DNA of 64,000 bases, taken from the NCBI RefSeq assembly GCF_902713615.1, contig NC_052149.1:221939623-222003622 (forward strand). Direction: 5' to 3'. The notes under the pieces were generated by a model that was given only the letters and a program-made list of their open reading frames with translations, did no database searches and was not told where the DNA came from. A program made the position numbers and the translations under genes. Shown here piece after piece: positions 38,329 to 51,400 of this stretch (its first letter is position 1; every line of letters starts with the position of its first letter). The stretch is from Scyliorhinus canicula (taxonomy: Eukaryota).

Positions 38329-38428
38329 NNNNNNNNNNNNNNNNNNNNNNNNNNNNNNNNNNNNNNNNNNNNNNNNNNNNNNNNNNNNNNNNNNNNNNNN
38401 NNNNNNNNNNNNNNNNNNNNNNNNNNNN
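38329..38428. other. Assembly gap (100 N), followed by a short ~37-bp C/T-rich tandem repeat (38429-38585)
   Basis: Run of exactly 100 N; CCCCAATGCCGGTCTGTCTCTCTC units follow it. Confidence 0.99.
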
Positions 38429-38819
38429 CCCCCAATGCCGGTCTGTCTCTCTCTCTCTCCCCCCCCCCCCCAAATGCCGGTCTGTCTCTCTCCTCTCCTC
38501 CCCCCCCCAATGCCGGTCTGTCTCTCTCTCCCCCCCCCCAAAATGCCGGTCAGTCTCTCTCCCTCCTCCCCCCCCCCCCCCAAAAACGCCGGGTCTCACC
38601 ACTTCCGCAGCTGGTGAAACTGACGCGTATCGCGTCAGTCGCTGCTGGCCCCTCCGGGAATGGAGAAAAGCTGCCTAAAAGAAGGCCCCCACGCCGGAGT
38701 CATCTACACCAATTTTGCTCGCCGCAAATCGGCGTTACGACGGTCTGCAGAGAATTTCGCCCAGTGTCCAAAATTGCCCTTGGTGTTGGGTGGGTTACTG
38801 GGTTATGGGGATAGGTAAT

Positions 38820-39722
38820 ATGACAGTCTAAATATGCCAGCAATTTGGATGAGGGAATGAAATGTAAAGATTCCCAAGTTTGCTGATGACACTAAACTAG
38901 GTATAAATTGTGAGTGGTGAGGAGGCTGTAAAGAGGCTTCAAAGTAATTGAGGCAATTACACGGCAGATGCAGTATAACATGGAGAAGTGTGAAGTTATA
39001 GGAGAGTATTATTTAAATGGTGACAGATTGGGAAATTTTGATGTGCAAAGGGACCTTGCTCGCTTTTGTGCACCATTCATTGAACACAGGTATGCAGGTG
39101 CAGCAAGCAGTTATGGCAAATGGTATGCTTGACTTCATTGGAAGAGAACTTGAGTACAGGAGTAAGGTTGTCTTATTGCAGCTGTACAGGGCTTTGGTGA
39201 GACCATATCTGGAGTATTGTGTGCAGTTTTGGACTCCTCCATAAGAAAGGATATGTGTGCCACAGAGGGAGTGCAGTGAGAATTCACCAGACTAATTCCT
39301 GGGATGATTTGTTTGTTATATGAGGAGAGATCGGGTTGACTCGGCCTTAATTCACTAGAATTTAGAAGAATAAGTTTTTTATACATTGAAATGTATAAAA
39401 ATCTGACAGGACTGGACAGACTGGATGAAAGGAATAAGGGTCACTGTTTCCAGATATGGAGTAGGCCATTGAGACTGAGATGAAGAGAAACCTCCACTCT
39501 CAGAGGGTGATGAAACTGTGGAATTCTCTATCCCATAAGGTTGTGGAGGACAAGTCCAAGAAACAAATGGATAGATATCTAGACATTAAAGGCATCAAGT
39601 GATATGGGGAGAGAGCAGGAGTGTGGTGTTGAGATAGAGAATCAGCCATCATCACATTGAATGGCAGAGTAGGCTCGATGGGTTGAATGGTCTATCTCCC
39701 CATATTTTCTTTGTTACTATGA
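38820..39722 (+). mobile_element. CR1 LINE 3' fragment
   Basis: KFADDTKLG and LYRALVRPYLEYCVQFW motifs; CR1-type 3'UTR. Confidence 0.8.
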
Positions 39723-40294
39723 CAAGTGCCATTGCCCTGTACTGGAGGGTCCCAGAATGCAGCCTAGGTTCTTAGCACTGCTCCTTTGTGGATTTATTGG
39801 CACTGTGAGCAAACCTCGAAGAGTGGTGTGAATCCACCTTTTGTGGCCTCACTCAAACCTGAAGTCAACCTACCCGAGAAAGTGTTTGACTAGCTCTGAG
39901 TAAATGCACACCATCATTTTGTCAAAGTTCAATAGATGCGGCTTATGCCATATCATTTGTAGCTCAGTTGGTCGTGCTATCAGAACTGGATTCTCCGTCA
40001 GCGGGATCCTCCATTTCACTGGCAGCGCACTCACGTCCGCGGATTTCCTGATGGTATGGGGTACCCACAGTGGGAAACCCATGGGCTGGCTGGTGGCACA
40101 GAGAATCCCCCTGCCGGCAGGGGTGCCCCACAGCAGAAAGCAGGTGCGGCAGGATGGCGAATCCTGCTCACCTTGTTTCAGGTTCAATCCCAACCGAGAA
40201 ACTTGAGGAAAACATCTAAGCTGATGTTCCTGTGCTGCTCTGTTGAGCTGCTGTCTTTTAGATGGTGGATACAATGGATCCTGTGGCAATATAT

Positions 40295-41390
40295 TGTTGT
40301 AAACAATGTATACTATAAGTTGTAGTTATGTGTGAAAAAAGGTAAAAATGGTTTCACTTTCATGTAGGTTTTGTTTATAAACCTTGGTACCTGGGTATTT
40401 GGATAGGCCTATGACTAAAAGGATTCTCGTCCATTGGGTTTATTTGTATATGTGCATTTTAATGAGGTTTACAATTACTGTAGCGACAGTGATTCAGGGA
40501 CACTGACATAGAAAAGACAGGAGACGAGGGAGTTTAGCATTCAATGTGTGTATTAGAGAGAGAAGCTTGTAAGCTCTCTGAAAAGAAAAACTGCAAAGGC
40601 TAGTGGGATAGTAGTTAATTGAATAATCTTTTTTTAAATTTATAGTACCCGATTCTTTTTTTTCCAATTAAGGGGCAATTTAGCGTGACCAATTCACCTG
40701 CTTTGCATTTCTTTGTGGGTTATGGGGGTGAGACCCATGCAGACACAGGGAGAATGTGCAAACACCACACGGACAGAGACCCAGGGCCGCAATCGAACCC
40801 GGGTCCTTGGTGGCATGAGGCAGCAGTGCTAACTACTGCGCCACCGTGCTGCCCAAGTTGAAGAATCATTCATGGGATTCAGTAAAGTGATCAGTTTAGA
40901 GGAGGTGCCTTGGAAGACTGAGTTTAGCAAATTAATTGGTTTGCTCTGCAGTTGAAGAAACAGTGAGTTTAGAGTACAGTTTTGGGTGTCTCGAGGAGAG
41001 ATACAAATTGGGTGAGAACCATCAAGTGAATAGTCAAGAATTTACCAGAAGAAAAACATTTGCAACTGTGCCAGTCCCAAGTGCCTTTCAGTCAAGCTAA
41101 TGGTAACTCTTAACTGTTTTGTGACTGTAAAGATATTGCATTGGTAAAGGAACAATGGGAATTTGAATCATCTCCTTGTGTTGCGATCTTTCCAACCTTT
41201 TGTCTGGTGTAATATTTTCTTGTTTTAATAAATATTTTATTCTTTGTATTAAAAGTTCACCAGCAGACTCCTGTGAATTTGTTCAGTAACTTTTCTCTGT
41301 GACTTCTGCATGAAAAGTTAGGATCTATCAAGATATGTTTCACACTGGCATCTGACTTGTCCGGTATTAAAAGCAGGTGGGATTGCAACA
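40295..41390 (+). mobile_element. Solo LTR (~870 bp plus a nested SINE at ~40630-40854)
   Basis: Termini TGTTGTAA...TTGCAACA (7/8 inverted), flanks ATAT/ATCT, internal AATAAA near 41227; interrupts a Deu-type SINE whose sequence resumes at 41391. Confidence 0.65.
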
Positions 41391-41772
41391 ATCTCAAAGA
41401 AGAACTGGGATGCTCTGGCCAATGTTTATGCTTCACCTAAACATGCTTCATCGACAACGGATTAACTGCTCATTGTCACATTGTTGTTTGTGGGAGCTTG
41501 CTATGCAAGAATTAGTTGTTGCATTTTCTACATTACTACAGTGAGCCATCCTGAGGTTGTGAAAGCTGCTATTTTTACACGCAAGTCTGTCAATTTTGAA
41601 GAGAAAGCTGATTGATCCATGGTTCTTTCAGAATTGACTTTATGTACAAAACACTGAAGGTTCCTTGCCCACAGAATGACTTTTTTGAGAAAACAAAACT
41701 TGTCGATTAACGAAAAAAAAATCAAAAATTGAATCCTCCTTGCACAGTAACCCTCTTTTATGCCTCAGCTTT

Positions 41773-41778
41773 TTTATT
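41773..41778 (-). terminator. Candidate poly(A) signal (AATAAA) of the SLC7A2-like gene
   Basis: Plus-strand tttatt about 580 nt past the stop codon, in non-repeat sequence. Confidence 0.35.
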
Positions 41779-42356
41779 GTGTGACATTGAACTCTTACAG
41801 CGCAGTTCTTACCTTAGGTTTTTGTGTAATATTTAAGTGATAGTGGCATTGAATGTTTAATAATCAAATCTTGTTTGTCAACAATCATATGAAGAGCCTT
41901 GTGGCTGGTTAACTGCATTTGGGACACTCTGTGGGGAGACAGTGGTGTAGTGGTGTTGTCACTGGACTAGTAATCCAGAGACCCATGGATCTGGGGACCT
42001 GGGTTCAAATCCCACCAGGGCTGATTTGAATTCAATAAGAATTTGGAATTAAAAGTCTACAGGTGACCATGAAACCATTGTCGTAAAACCCATCTGGTTA
42101 ACTAATGTCCTTCAGGAAAGGAAATCTGTTAGCCTTACCTGGTGTGGCCCACATGTGAGTCTAGACCCCCACAGTAATGTGGTTGACTCCCAAATGCCCT
42201 CAGGAATGGGCAATAAATGCTGAGCCACCCAGACCAGAATATAGGAAAAAAATACAAATGGAATTTGTTGTTTTTGTAAAGGAACTGTGTTGCCACCATA
42301 TTCAGTTTGTTGAGATGTAGTCATCATTGACTTGTCCTTGTTAGGTCACTGGTTCC

Positions 42357-42475
42357 TTAAACTCTTTCATCCTCAGCTGGCTTTGCATTTTCAAATGGAC
42401 TTGGGAGAGAACAATCTCGATGATGCTGACCTTCCAAACTGTGCCGAATGCCATAGCAAAAATAGATCAGTAAAC
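42357..42475 (-). CDS. SLC7A2: SLC7A2-like terminal coding exon
   Basis: Acceptor tttgacag; encodes (G)[38 protein letters not shown], then TAA at 42359-42357. Confidence 0.93.
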
Positions 42476-45400
42476 CTGTCAAATAATGTGAAAAGTTTAC
42501 ATTTCAATATTAATAAGTCAAGGGGCAGTCTGCCAGTAACAAAGGAGTTGAATTCAACTCTCTCCTTCCAACATAAACAGGGGCTGATCTCGTGGCCTTG
42601 TGTCACTTCCAGCCTTAATTACACTGCTGCAGCCATCATCATCTTGGGGAGGTCCTGAGTTTGGGGGGGGGGGGGGGGGCAGGAGACTAATTGTAAAATG
42701 CAGATTGAAGCACTGTGATCTCTACTGGACTGTAACTGCAATTTCAAGCTAGAAATGGTAATGTCAATCTATTTACAGGGCACCAATGATTGTTTTCCTG
42801 CCTCTGAATTAAAAGCTGTGGTTTCAAACCCCTCTTCAGAAATTCAATAATCTACTTTGGATAAAGTGCTAAACTGAGACCCTGGGCGGAATTCTCCGAC
42901 CTTGCGGGGTCGCCCGGGGCCAGCGTAAATCCCACCCCTGCCGTGGCCGGAATTCTCCGCCACCCGGGAATCGGTGGGGGCGGAATTCGCGCCAGTCGGC
43001 GGGCCCCCCGTGGCGATTGTCCGGCCCGTGATGGGCTGAAGTCCCGCCGCCATCAGGCCTCTCCCGCCGACGTGGTTTAAACCACCTCTGGTGCCGGTGG
43101 GAGCAGGCGGCGCGAGCGGGCCCCGGGGTCCTGGGGGGGCGCGGGACGATCTGATCCCGGGAGGTGCCCCCAGGATGGCCTGGCCCGCGATCGGGGCCCA
43201 CCGATCGGCAGGCGGGCCTGTGCCGGGGGGGCACTCTTTTTCTTCCGCTGCTGCCACGGCCTCCACCATGGCGGAGGCAGAAGAGACCCGCTCCACCGTG
43301 CATGCGCCGGGGTGACATCAGTGGCCGCTGATGCACCGGCGCATACGCGGACTTACGTCGACCGGCGAAGGCCTTTCGGCCAACCGTGGCGCCGGTCGGC
43401 GGGGCGCCAAAGGCCGTTCGCGCCGATCAGCGGAGCGGGAGCCACTCCGTCATGGGCCTAGCCCCTAAAGGTGCGGAGAATTCCGCACGTTTGGGGAGGC
43501 CCGATGCCGGAGTGGTTCTCGCCTGCCCGGACGGAATTCCAGATTGATCCCAGGCCCCGAAACCTCCCTCGGGGGCTGGTGCCCCACAATCCTAGTGCCT
43601 CACGGAAATACCCTCCGTGCCTTTTCGAACTGCGCGGAGGGGCTTTCTGTACGGGCTGCTGCTGTACACCCTTCAACTCCTTACCCACGCCCGTCATCCG
43701 GACACGCCATGGCATGCCTTATTGCCGTCCGGCAGGGGAGGTCCCTACTGGAGGTCCCTCTATGAAGGAGTCCAACCCCTCAATCTTGCGGACGTGGGGT
43801 GGAGGGTGTTGCATGCAGCAGTGCCATACAATCACCGATTGCACCGGTTCACAGACTCGCAAGAAGCCTACCATTTTGCGGTCTTGTGGAGTCCGTGGAC
43901 TATGTCTATGTTACATGTTTTAGGCAGCACTCCCTTTTCAGTTTTCTAACCAATCCTTTGCTGGAGTTTTGTTTGCACTTCAGTCCCACGCTCCTAATCT
44001 ACAGGCACCCGGTACGGAGAGGGGCGGAGAAGGCGGGGGGCCTCCTTGTAAACCTGGGCCTGGGCCTGGCGAAGCGCACCATTTAGAGGTCCAGGCAGCG
44101 GTCAACCGAGGGGATTGTCTGGCCAGACTCTCTGCCCCTCTTCCGCGACTCTATTCGCGGCCAGGTGTCCCTGGACAGGGAGCATGCGGTGCCCACGGGC
44201 GCCATCGAGGCCTTCCATACCCTGGGTACCGCAGGAATTGGGGTGCTTTATTGACCCCTTTAGCTGCACTCTTATTTGATGCTTTATAAGTTTCCGTTGA
44301 TCTTTGTTATGTTTGGGCAGTGCCCCTAACAGGAGCGGCCCTTTTTTGCTTTGTCCCTCAGTTTGTTTTCCTTTCTTATGTTTTGTTGGTGGATCTCAAA
44401 AGAGTGGCCAATCCACCTATCCTGCACACCTTTGGGTTGTGGGGGTGAAACCCACGCAAACACAGGGAGAATGTGCAAATTCCACACGGACAGTGACCCA
44501 GAGCCGGGATCGAACCTGGGACCTTGGTGCCGTGAGGCAGCATTGGTACCCACTGCGCCACCTTGCTGCCCCACAAAGTTTCATTTAACGCCACTCCTAA
44601 GACATCATCTCTCTTTACTGCAGTAATTGACTCCTTAACTAATAATGCAATATTCTCTCCCTTCTTTTGCCCCCTCCCCTGATCCTCCTGATGATTCTGT
44701 AGCCCGGGATATTGAGCAGCCAATCTGCCCCTCCCTCAACCACGTCTACGTGATGGCTACTATATCATAGTTCCACGTGTCAACACTCATCCTTAACTCA
44801 TCCATGTTACATGTAATACTCCTGGCATTAAAGTAGAGGCCATTCAGCCTTGTCTTACTCTCCTGAAACTTACTACTGCTGTATTCCCTCTGACCTGAGT
44901 GCTTCTCTATGTCATATTGTGTCCCTAGTCTGCGAACAGTCTGCGTCCATTCTCTTTGCCAAATGAGTTTAAACTCCTCCCAACAGCACTCGCAAACCCA
45001 CTAGCAACGATGTTAGTCCTACTCTGTTTCAGATGTTGAGCGTCCCCCTTGTACAGCTGCACCAGTTCATTGTTGGACCAGCACAATGCCATCCAACCTC
45101 CTGCATTATTTCAGAAAATGTTGAGTCTCCTCTCCAAAGGTGAACTGTCAGCCACTGCCCAGTGTTCTGCCCTATCTTGTGCCAGCTGGGTTGTCAGTAT
45201 CAGCGGCGGTTCTGCTTTCAAACTCCACTGCTGTGTACGTTCGTCACATGCGACACTGAGTCAACATAGCTTTTGCTGAAGAAAATCTCACTGTATCTGG
45301 TCTTGAACAGCCTAATTAAACGTGCCCGAGCAAATCAATTCAAAATCATTTGAAAGGAACTTTCTGGTCCCAATTAGAGAATATGGAGTGATGCAGGTTC

Positions 45401-48400
45401 ACTGAAATGCAATATTAACTTTTTAAACTGCAATGATCTTACCGAGTGCCATCCAAACAGAGAGGCGAATCCATGTGTCTGCACTCAACTGCATCATCAG
45501 GTAAATGTTTACCAAAATACTGAACATTGGCAGGAATGGTAGACAGGGCACCTTCAAATACAGAAAAACATACAAATCAGGAAATATAGATCTTCTAATG
45601 GTGCAATCCTCCCCTGTTATACTTCAAACCATGATCAACGTGTTAAAATTAATACTAAAGCATTCTATTGAAGGTTGTTAATAAAGATAAACTTGCATTT
45701 TTAGTTAATGCCACAAGCATCAAAACAAAAGTTATAGCTACTTGTCTGAACTTTATAGCATTCCTCAGTTACTCAGTTAGTTTCTAAATAAATGTAACAT
45801 TTCTCAGAGCTCCATGGACAATATCACCTCAAATAATAGAAAGCAAAAATGAGGAGGTGCATCCTGTCATAATTGAAGAGTATCGCTTTGTCTCTGTAAT
45901 AGCTTCTAACTGTGATACCCAATTAAATACAACCCACAGCTACCAAATCGCTCAGCAACAATAAGTTCAATTTATATAGTGCTTTTAATGCAGCAGAACA
46001 TTCAAAAACACTTCCGAACAGCATACCAACCACAATTTGCAAGCAAGCCACAAAGGGTATGTTAGGAGAGGTAATTAAAACCTTGCTCAAAGAGGTAGAT
46101 TTTAAGGAGTATTTTAATGGAGGAGAGAGAATGAGGGAGGAGGAGAGATTTAGGAAAAAGTTTTCAGAGCTTGGGGGACTATAATAATAATAATCTTTAT
46201 TAGTGTCACAAGTAGGCTGACATTAACACTGCAATTAAGTTACTTTGAAAATCCCCATAGTCGCCACACTGCGGCGCCTGTCCAAGTGCACTGAGGGAGA
46301 AGTCAGAATGTCCAATTCACCTAACAAGCACTTTTGGGACTTGTGGGAGGAAATCGGAGCACCTGCAGGAAACCCGTGCAGATACAGGGAGACAGTGACA
46401 CAAGTGGGAATCGAACCTGCGACCCTGGCGCTGTGAAGCAACAGTGTTAACCACTGTGCTACCGTGCCACCACTACTAGGTAGCTCAATGGTAGTGCATT
46501 GGAAATAAGGGATGCTCAAGAGGCCAATCCTACAAAAGATTGTAGGGCTGGAGGAGATTGCAGAGATGGGAAAGGGCATGGAGGGATTTAAAAAGAATAA
46601 GAATTTAGGAAATAGAAGCAGGAGTAGGCCATTCCGCCCTTTGAGCCTCCTCCACCATTCAACAGGATCGGGCTGTTTTACTTCTCCTACATTTTCCCAT
46701 ACTATCCCCATATCCTTTGATTCCCTCAGCAACCAACAATCTTTCAATCTCTAACTTGAATATACTCAGTGACTGAGCCATTGCCAGACCAGGAGCCACT
46801 GTAGGTGAGAAAGCTCAAGGGTAATGGGTGAGCAGGACTTGATTCGAATTAAGATATGGACAGCAGAGTTTTAGATGAGCACAAGTTCACAGAGGGTGCA
46901 AAGTGAGAGGTTGATCAGGAGATAGAATCATAGAATTTATAGTGCAGAAGGGGGCCATTCGCCCCATAAAATCTGCACCGGCTCTTGGAAAGAGCACCCT
47001 ACCCAAGCCTCCACCTCCACCCTATCCCCATAACCCAGTAAACCCAACCGACACTAAGGACAATTTTGGACACTAAGGGCAATTTATCACGGCCAATCCA
47101 CCTAACCTGCACATCTTTGGACTGTGGGAGGAAACCGGAGCACCCGGAGGAAACCCACGCAGACACGGGGAGGACGTGCAGACGCCGCACAGACAGTGGC
47201 CCAAGCCGGGAATCGATCCTGGGACCTTAGAGCTATGAAGCAATTGTGCTAGCCACTATGCCACCATGCTGCCCCAGATCATAGGAACATTGGAGTCTTG
47301 AAGTAACAAGGACATGGATGAGTTTGGAGCAGATAAGCTAAGGTAGGGCACATATGGATGTTGCTATGAAAGTGAAATTAGGTGGTTTTGGTGGGCGAGA
47401 GGTTATTGAGATTGAAACGCAGTTCAGGGTCAAATAGAGCACCAAGATTGTGAACAGCGGCTCAGCTTCAGACAATAGTCAAGGAAACAAATGGAGTCAA
47501 TGGTTAAAGAACATAATTCCTGTCAAGCCTTCCCAATATTTAATTGGAACTTTCTACTCATCCAATAATGGATGTTGAAAAAAAGTCAGAGGCAGTGGAT
47601 GGATAGTGAGAGATGGTTGCAAAGTAAACCTGGGTTGAGTCAGTGCATCTGTGAACCCAATATTGTGTTTTTGGATGATGTCATGGGGGACAGCATGAAA
47701 GAAAAAAACAGGAGGTGAACTCGAGAGGTAATGATATTGGATTTGAAATGCCCAATATAAACGCAAGTAGTCGAAGGGCAGACAGTGACATAGTAGAGAT
47801 GTCACTGGATAAGTAACCTAGAGGCCCAGACTAATCTTCTGGGGGCAAGGATTCATGACAGCTCCTGGAATTGAAATTCAGTCTCAATAATTGTTAGAAA
47901 ATCCGATCAGGTTTATTAATGCCCTTTAGGAAAGGAAATCTGCCATCCGTACCTGGTGAGGGCTATAGGTGACACCAGACCCACATTAATGGGGGACTCT
48001 TAACTCTCCTCTGACCCTCACAGTTATAACAAGCCATGACAGAAGAGTCAAAATAATGGCAATGTTTCAAGAGATTCTCTCGACTAGTAAGAATGAACAA
48101 CAAGTGCAAGCCTTGCCAGTGATTCACACATCCCAAGAACGAATAAAGAAAATTACCGTAGTCTTATTTATTTGAAATTCCTCCATTCTTAAAAAGATAA
48201 TTTTTTCGTGGTGACTATTAAAAATAAAACTGGTGAGGTAATTTACCACGTTAAGTGAACTGTTTAATCAAGAAGTGTTTTCCTCCTGAGCTGACAGTAC
48301 TTTTAGTTGGCAGTCTATCATCATCTGGGACGATGGCGAATTTACTTTATTTATCTCCACCGTCACCTTACCAAAAATGAAGCTTTCACTTTGTTTTGTG

Positions 48401-51400
48401 GCTGCCTCCAGATGATAAACGTTGTAACTGCTGATATCAAGAGGACTGGCACCAAGCAACCAATGCTCCCGGTCTCTGCTGCTACGATAGATTCCAGCCG
48501 GAATTTGGCCATTCCACTTAGAATGCAACATAGGATGACTGAAAAGAGAGCAATTAACAGTCAATATAAAGCCTTAGCTTTCTAAGGGTTTAATTCCCTC
48601 GAACATAGAACATACAGTGCGGAAGGAGGCCATTTGGCCATTCGAGTCTGCATCGACCCACTTAAGCCCTCACTTCCACCCCACCCCCGCAACCCAACAA
48701 GCCCTCTTAACCCCTTTGGTCACTGAGGGCAATTTATCATGGCCAATCCACCTAACCTGCACATCTATGGACTGTAGGAGGAAACTGGAGCACCCGGAGG
48801 AAACCCACGCAGATACTGGGAGAACGTGTAGACTCTGGGCGGTATTCTCCCCCCCACCCCCACACCGGGTGGGGGAATCACAGGGGCGCCGCGTGCATCA
48901 CGCCACGCCGCCCCAACTCCCGCACGTGATTCTCCCACCCCAACCACCCCGAAGCCAGCGGCGCGCGAATCACGCCACGCCGCCCTGACCCCCGCACGTG
49001 ATTCTCCCACCCCACCCCCCCCGAAACCAGCGGCGCGCGAATCGCGCCGGGCCGCTCGGAGAATTAGCGATTCCGGATGGGCCGAGCGGCCGCTCCAACA
49101 CGACAGGTTCCCGCCGGCGCCGTCCACCCCTGGTCGCTGCCGGCGGGAACTGTGCGGGAACGCTGATGCGGGCGGCCTGTGAGGGGGGGAGTAGGGGGGC
49201 TCCTTCACAGGGGGGGCCTCCGATGTGGTCTGGCCCGCAATCAGGGCCCACTGATCGGCGGGCCGGCCTCTCCCCCCCGGGCCTACCTCCTTCTGCGGCC
49301 GGCCCCAGAACACCGGTGCCATGTTGGTGAAGGGCCGGCCCACGTAAGAAGTTCCCCGCGCATGCGCAGGATGGCACGGCCCAACTGCACATGCGTGGGT
49401 TGGCATGGCGCCCATTTGCCGCTGCGTAGGGACGCTGGAGTGGCGTGAACTACTCCAGCGCTGTGCTGGCCCCCTGTGGGGGCCAGAATAGGTCGTGCCC
49501 GGGACCTGTTTGCGCCGTCGTGAAACGCGACGGCATTCACGACGGCGCGGGCACTTAACCCCGGTAGCCCTCTGTGTTTATCTTTTAATTAATAATTTTT
49601 ATTGTCACAAGTAGTCTTACATTAACAGTGCAATTAAGGTACTGTGAAAAGCCCCTAGTGGCCACATTGCGGTGCCTGCTCGGGTGCACGGAGGGAGAAT
49701 TCAGAATGTCCAATTCACCTGACATCACGTCTTTCAGGACTTATGGGAGGAAACCCACGCAGACACGGGGGAGAGCGTGCAGACTCCACACAGACAGTGA
49801 CCCAAGCGGAGAATTGAACTGGAGACCCTGGTGCTGTGAAGCAACAGTGCTAACCACTGTGCTATCTGAATGCATTACCTGCAATTCATGTAGCACATGA
49901 AGAGATTTAATGTGAACAAGCTGTGTGCTAGAAATAGTGCACAGCGGAAGTTAATCCCCTCATTGCAATACTGCTTAAAAAGTACACAATTTTATTTAAC
50001 TCTGCAAGAAACAGAGTGGGTGAGCAGCTAAAAAGGAGCGTGTCCGTTTCCTGGGCCATTCTCGTCAATCCCTGATGTTAATTGTGCTGGTATTGAAGAC
50101 GGGTGAGGCACCTGGCAGCGACGGGCGAGGACCCCTTGTGAAGACACAGGTAGGACCTCCATGGCATTGTAACTGGCGAATGAGTACAGGTAGGGATCAT
50201 CCATCCCATCGTCATCCCAGCTGAGAAGTGAGCAGGGCACAGCAACACCCGACGCTGGGGTAGCTACAACCAGGTATGAAGACCAAAACAACATTTCCAC
50301 TTGTCTATCAAACGTCCCATTATGCTGCCAGGAAGATCAGCTGTGATATACACTTCTATCTCACTGCAGCATGGTCCAGGTAATACAGCATTGTTTAGCA
50401 TGTCGTTTGATTCTAGAGTGACTCTTATACTTTGTAATACTTTTTGAGTACTCACCTATTAGTGCGACACAACATGTAACAATATTTGATGACTGCTGTG
50501 TGGCGAATGGAAGTGGAATTACCAACGAACTAAAACTGAAACCTCCCTGAGGGGCCTCTGTGGTCTGTCGACTTTGCTTCTCTTCATTCAGTTCTACGTC
50601 AACGTTCTTACTAAAATTTGGTTGGTACCTATTGCATTGAACAAAATATTTTTTGTTGATGAATGAAACCTGTGTCTGTACATATATGGATTGATCTCTC
50701 AGCTGCCTGGAAACAGGACTTTTACCTCAAGATAATGATACATGATGCCACCAAAGTATAGGCCAGAAGTGTTCCGATGGACATCATGTCAACCAATGTC
50801 TTCAGGTCAAAAAGGCATGCCATTACAGCTAAAAGAGAAAATGAAGCAATAATTTCAAAATGATTTCTGTTTTACGTGGTTTAAGAAACATACATTGAAT
50901 ATACGTAAGTAAATGGATAACAATTCGCTCTCGATGCGGTGAACTCTTCAATCTCCTCAATACAGATGCACTATAGAAAGCATCCTATCGGGCTGCATCA
51001 CAGCCTGGTATGGCAACTGCTCGGCCCAGGACCGCAATGAACTTCAGAGAGTCGTGAATACCGCCCAGTCCATCACACAAACCTGCCTCCCATCCATGGA
51101 CTCCATCTACACCTCCCACTGCCGGGGGAAAGCAGGCAGCATAATCAAGGATCCCTCCCACCCGGCTTACTCACTTTTTCAACTTCTTCCATCGGGCAGG
51201 AGATTCAGAAGTCTGAGAACACGGACGAACAGACTCAAAACAGCTTCTTCCCCACTGTCACCAGACTCCTAAATGGCCCTCTTATTGACTGACCTCATTA
51301 ACACTACACCCTGTATGCTTCATCCGATGCCAATGCTTATGTAGTTACATTGTATATCTTGTGTTGCCCTATTATGTATTTTCTTGAATTTTGTTTAATT

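Noticed and set aside
38208-38814. ORFs spanning the N run
   Set aside because: Artefacts of translating through an assembly gap and a simple repeat.
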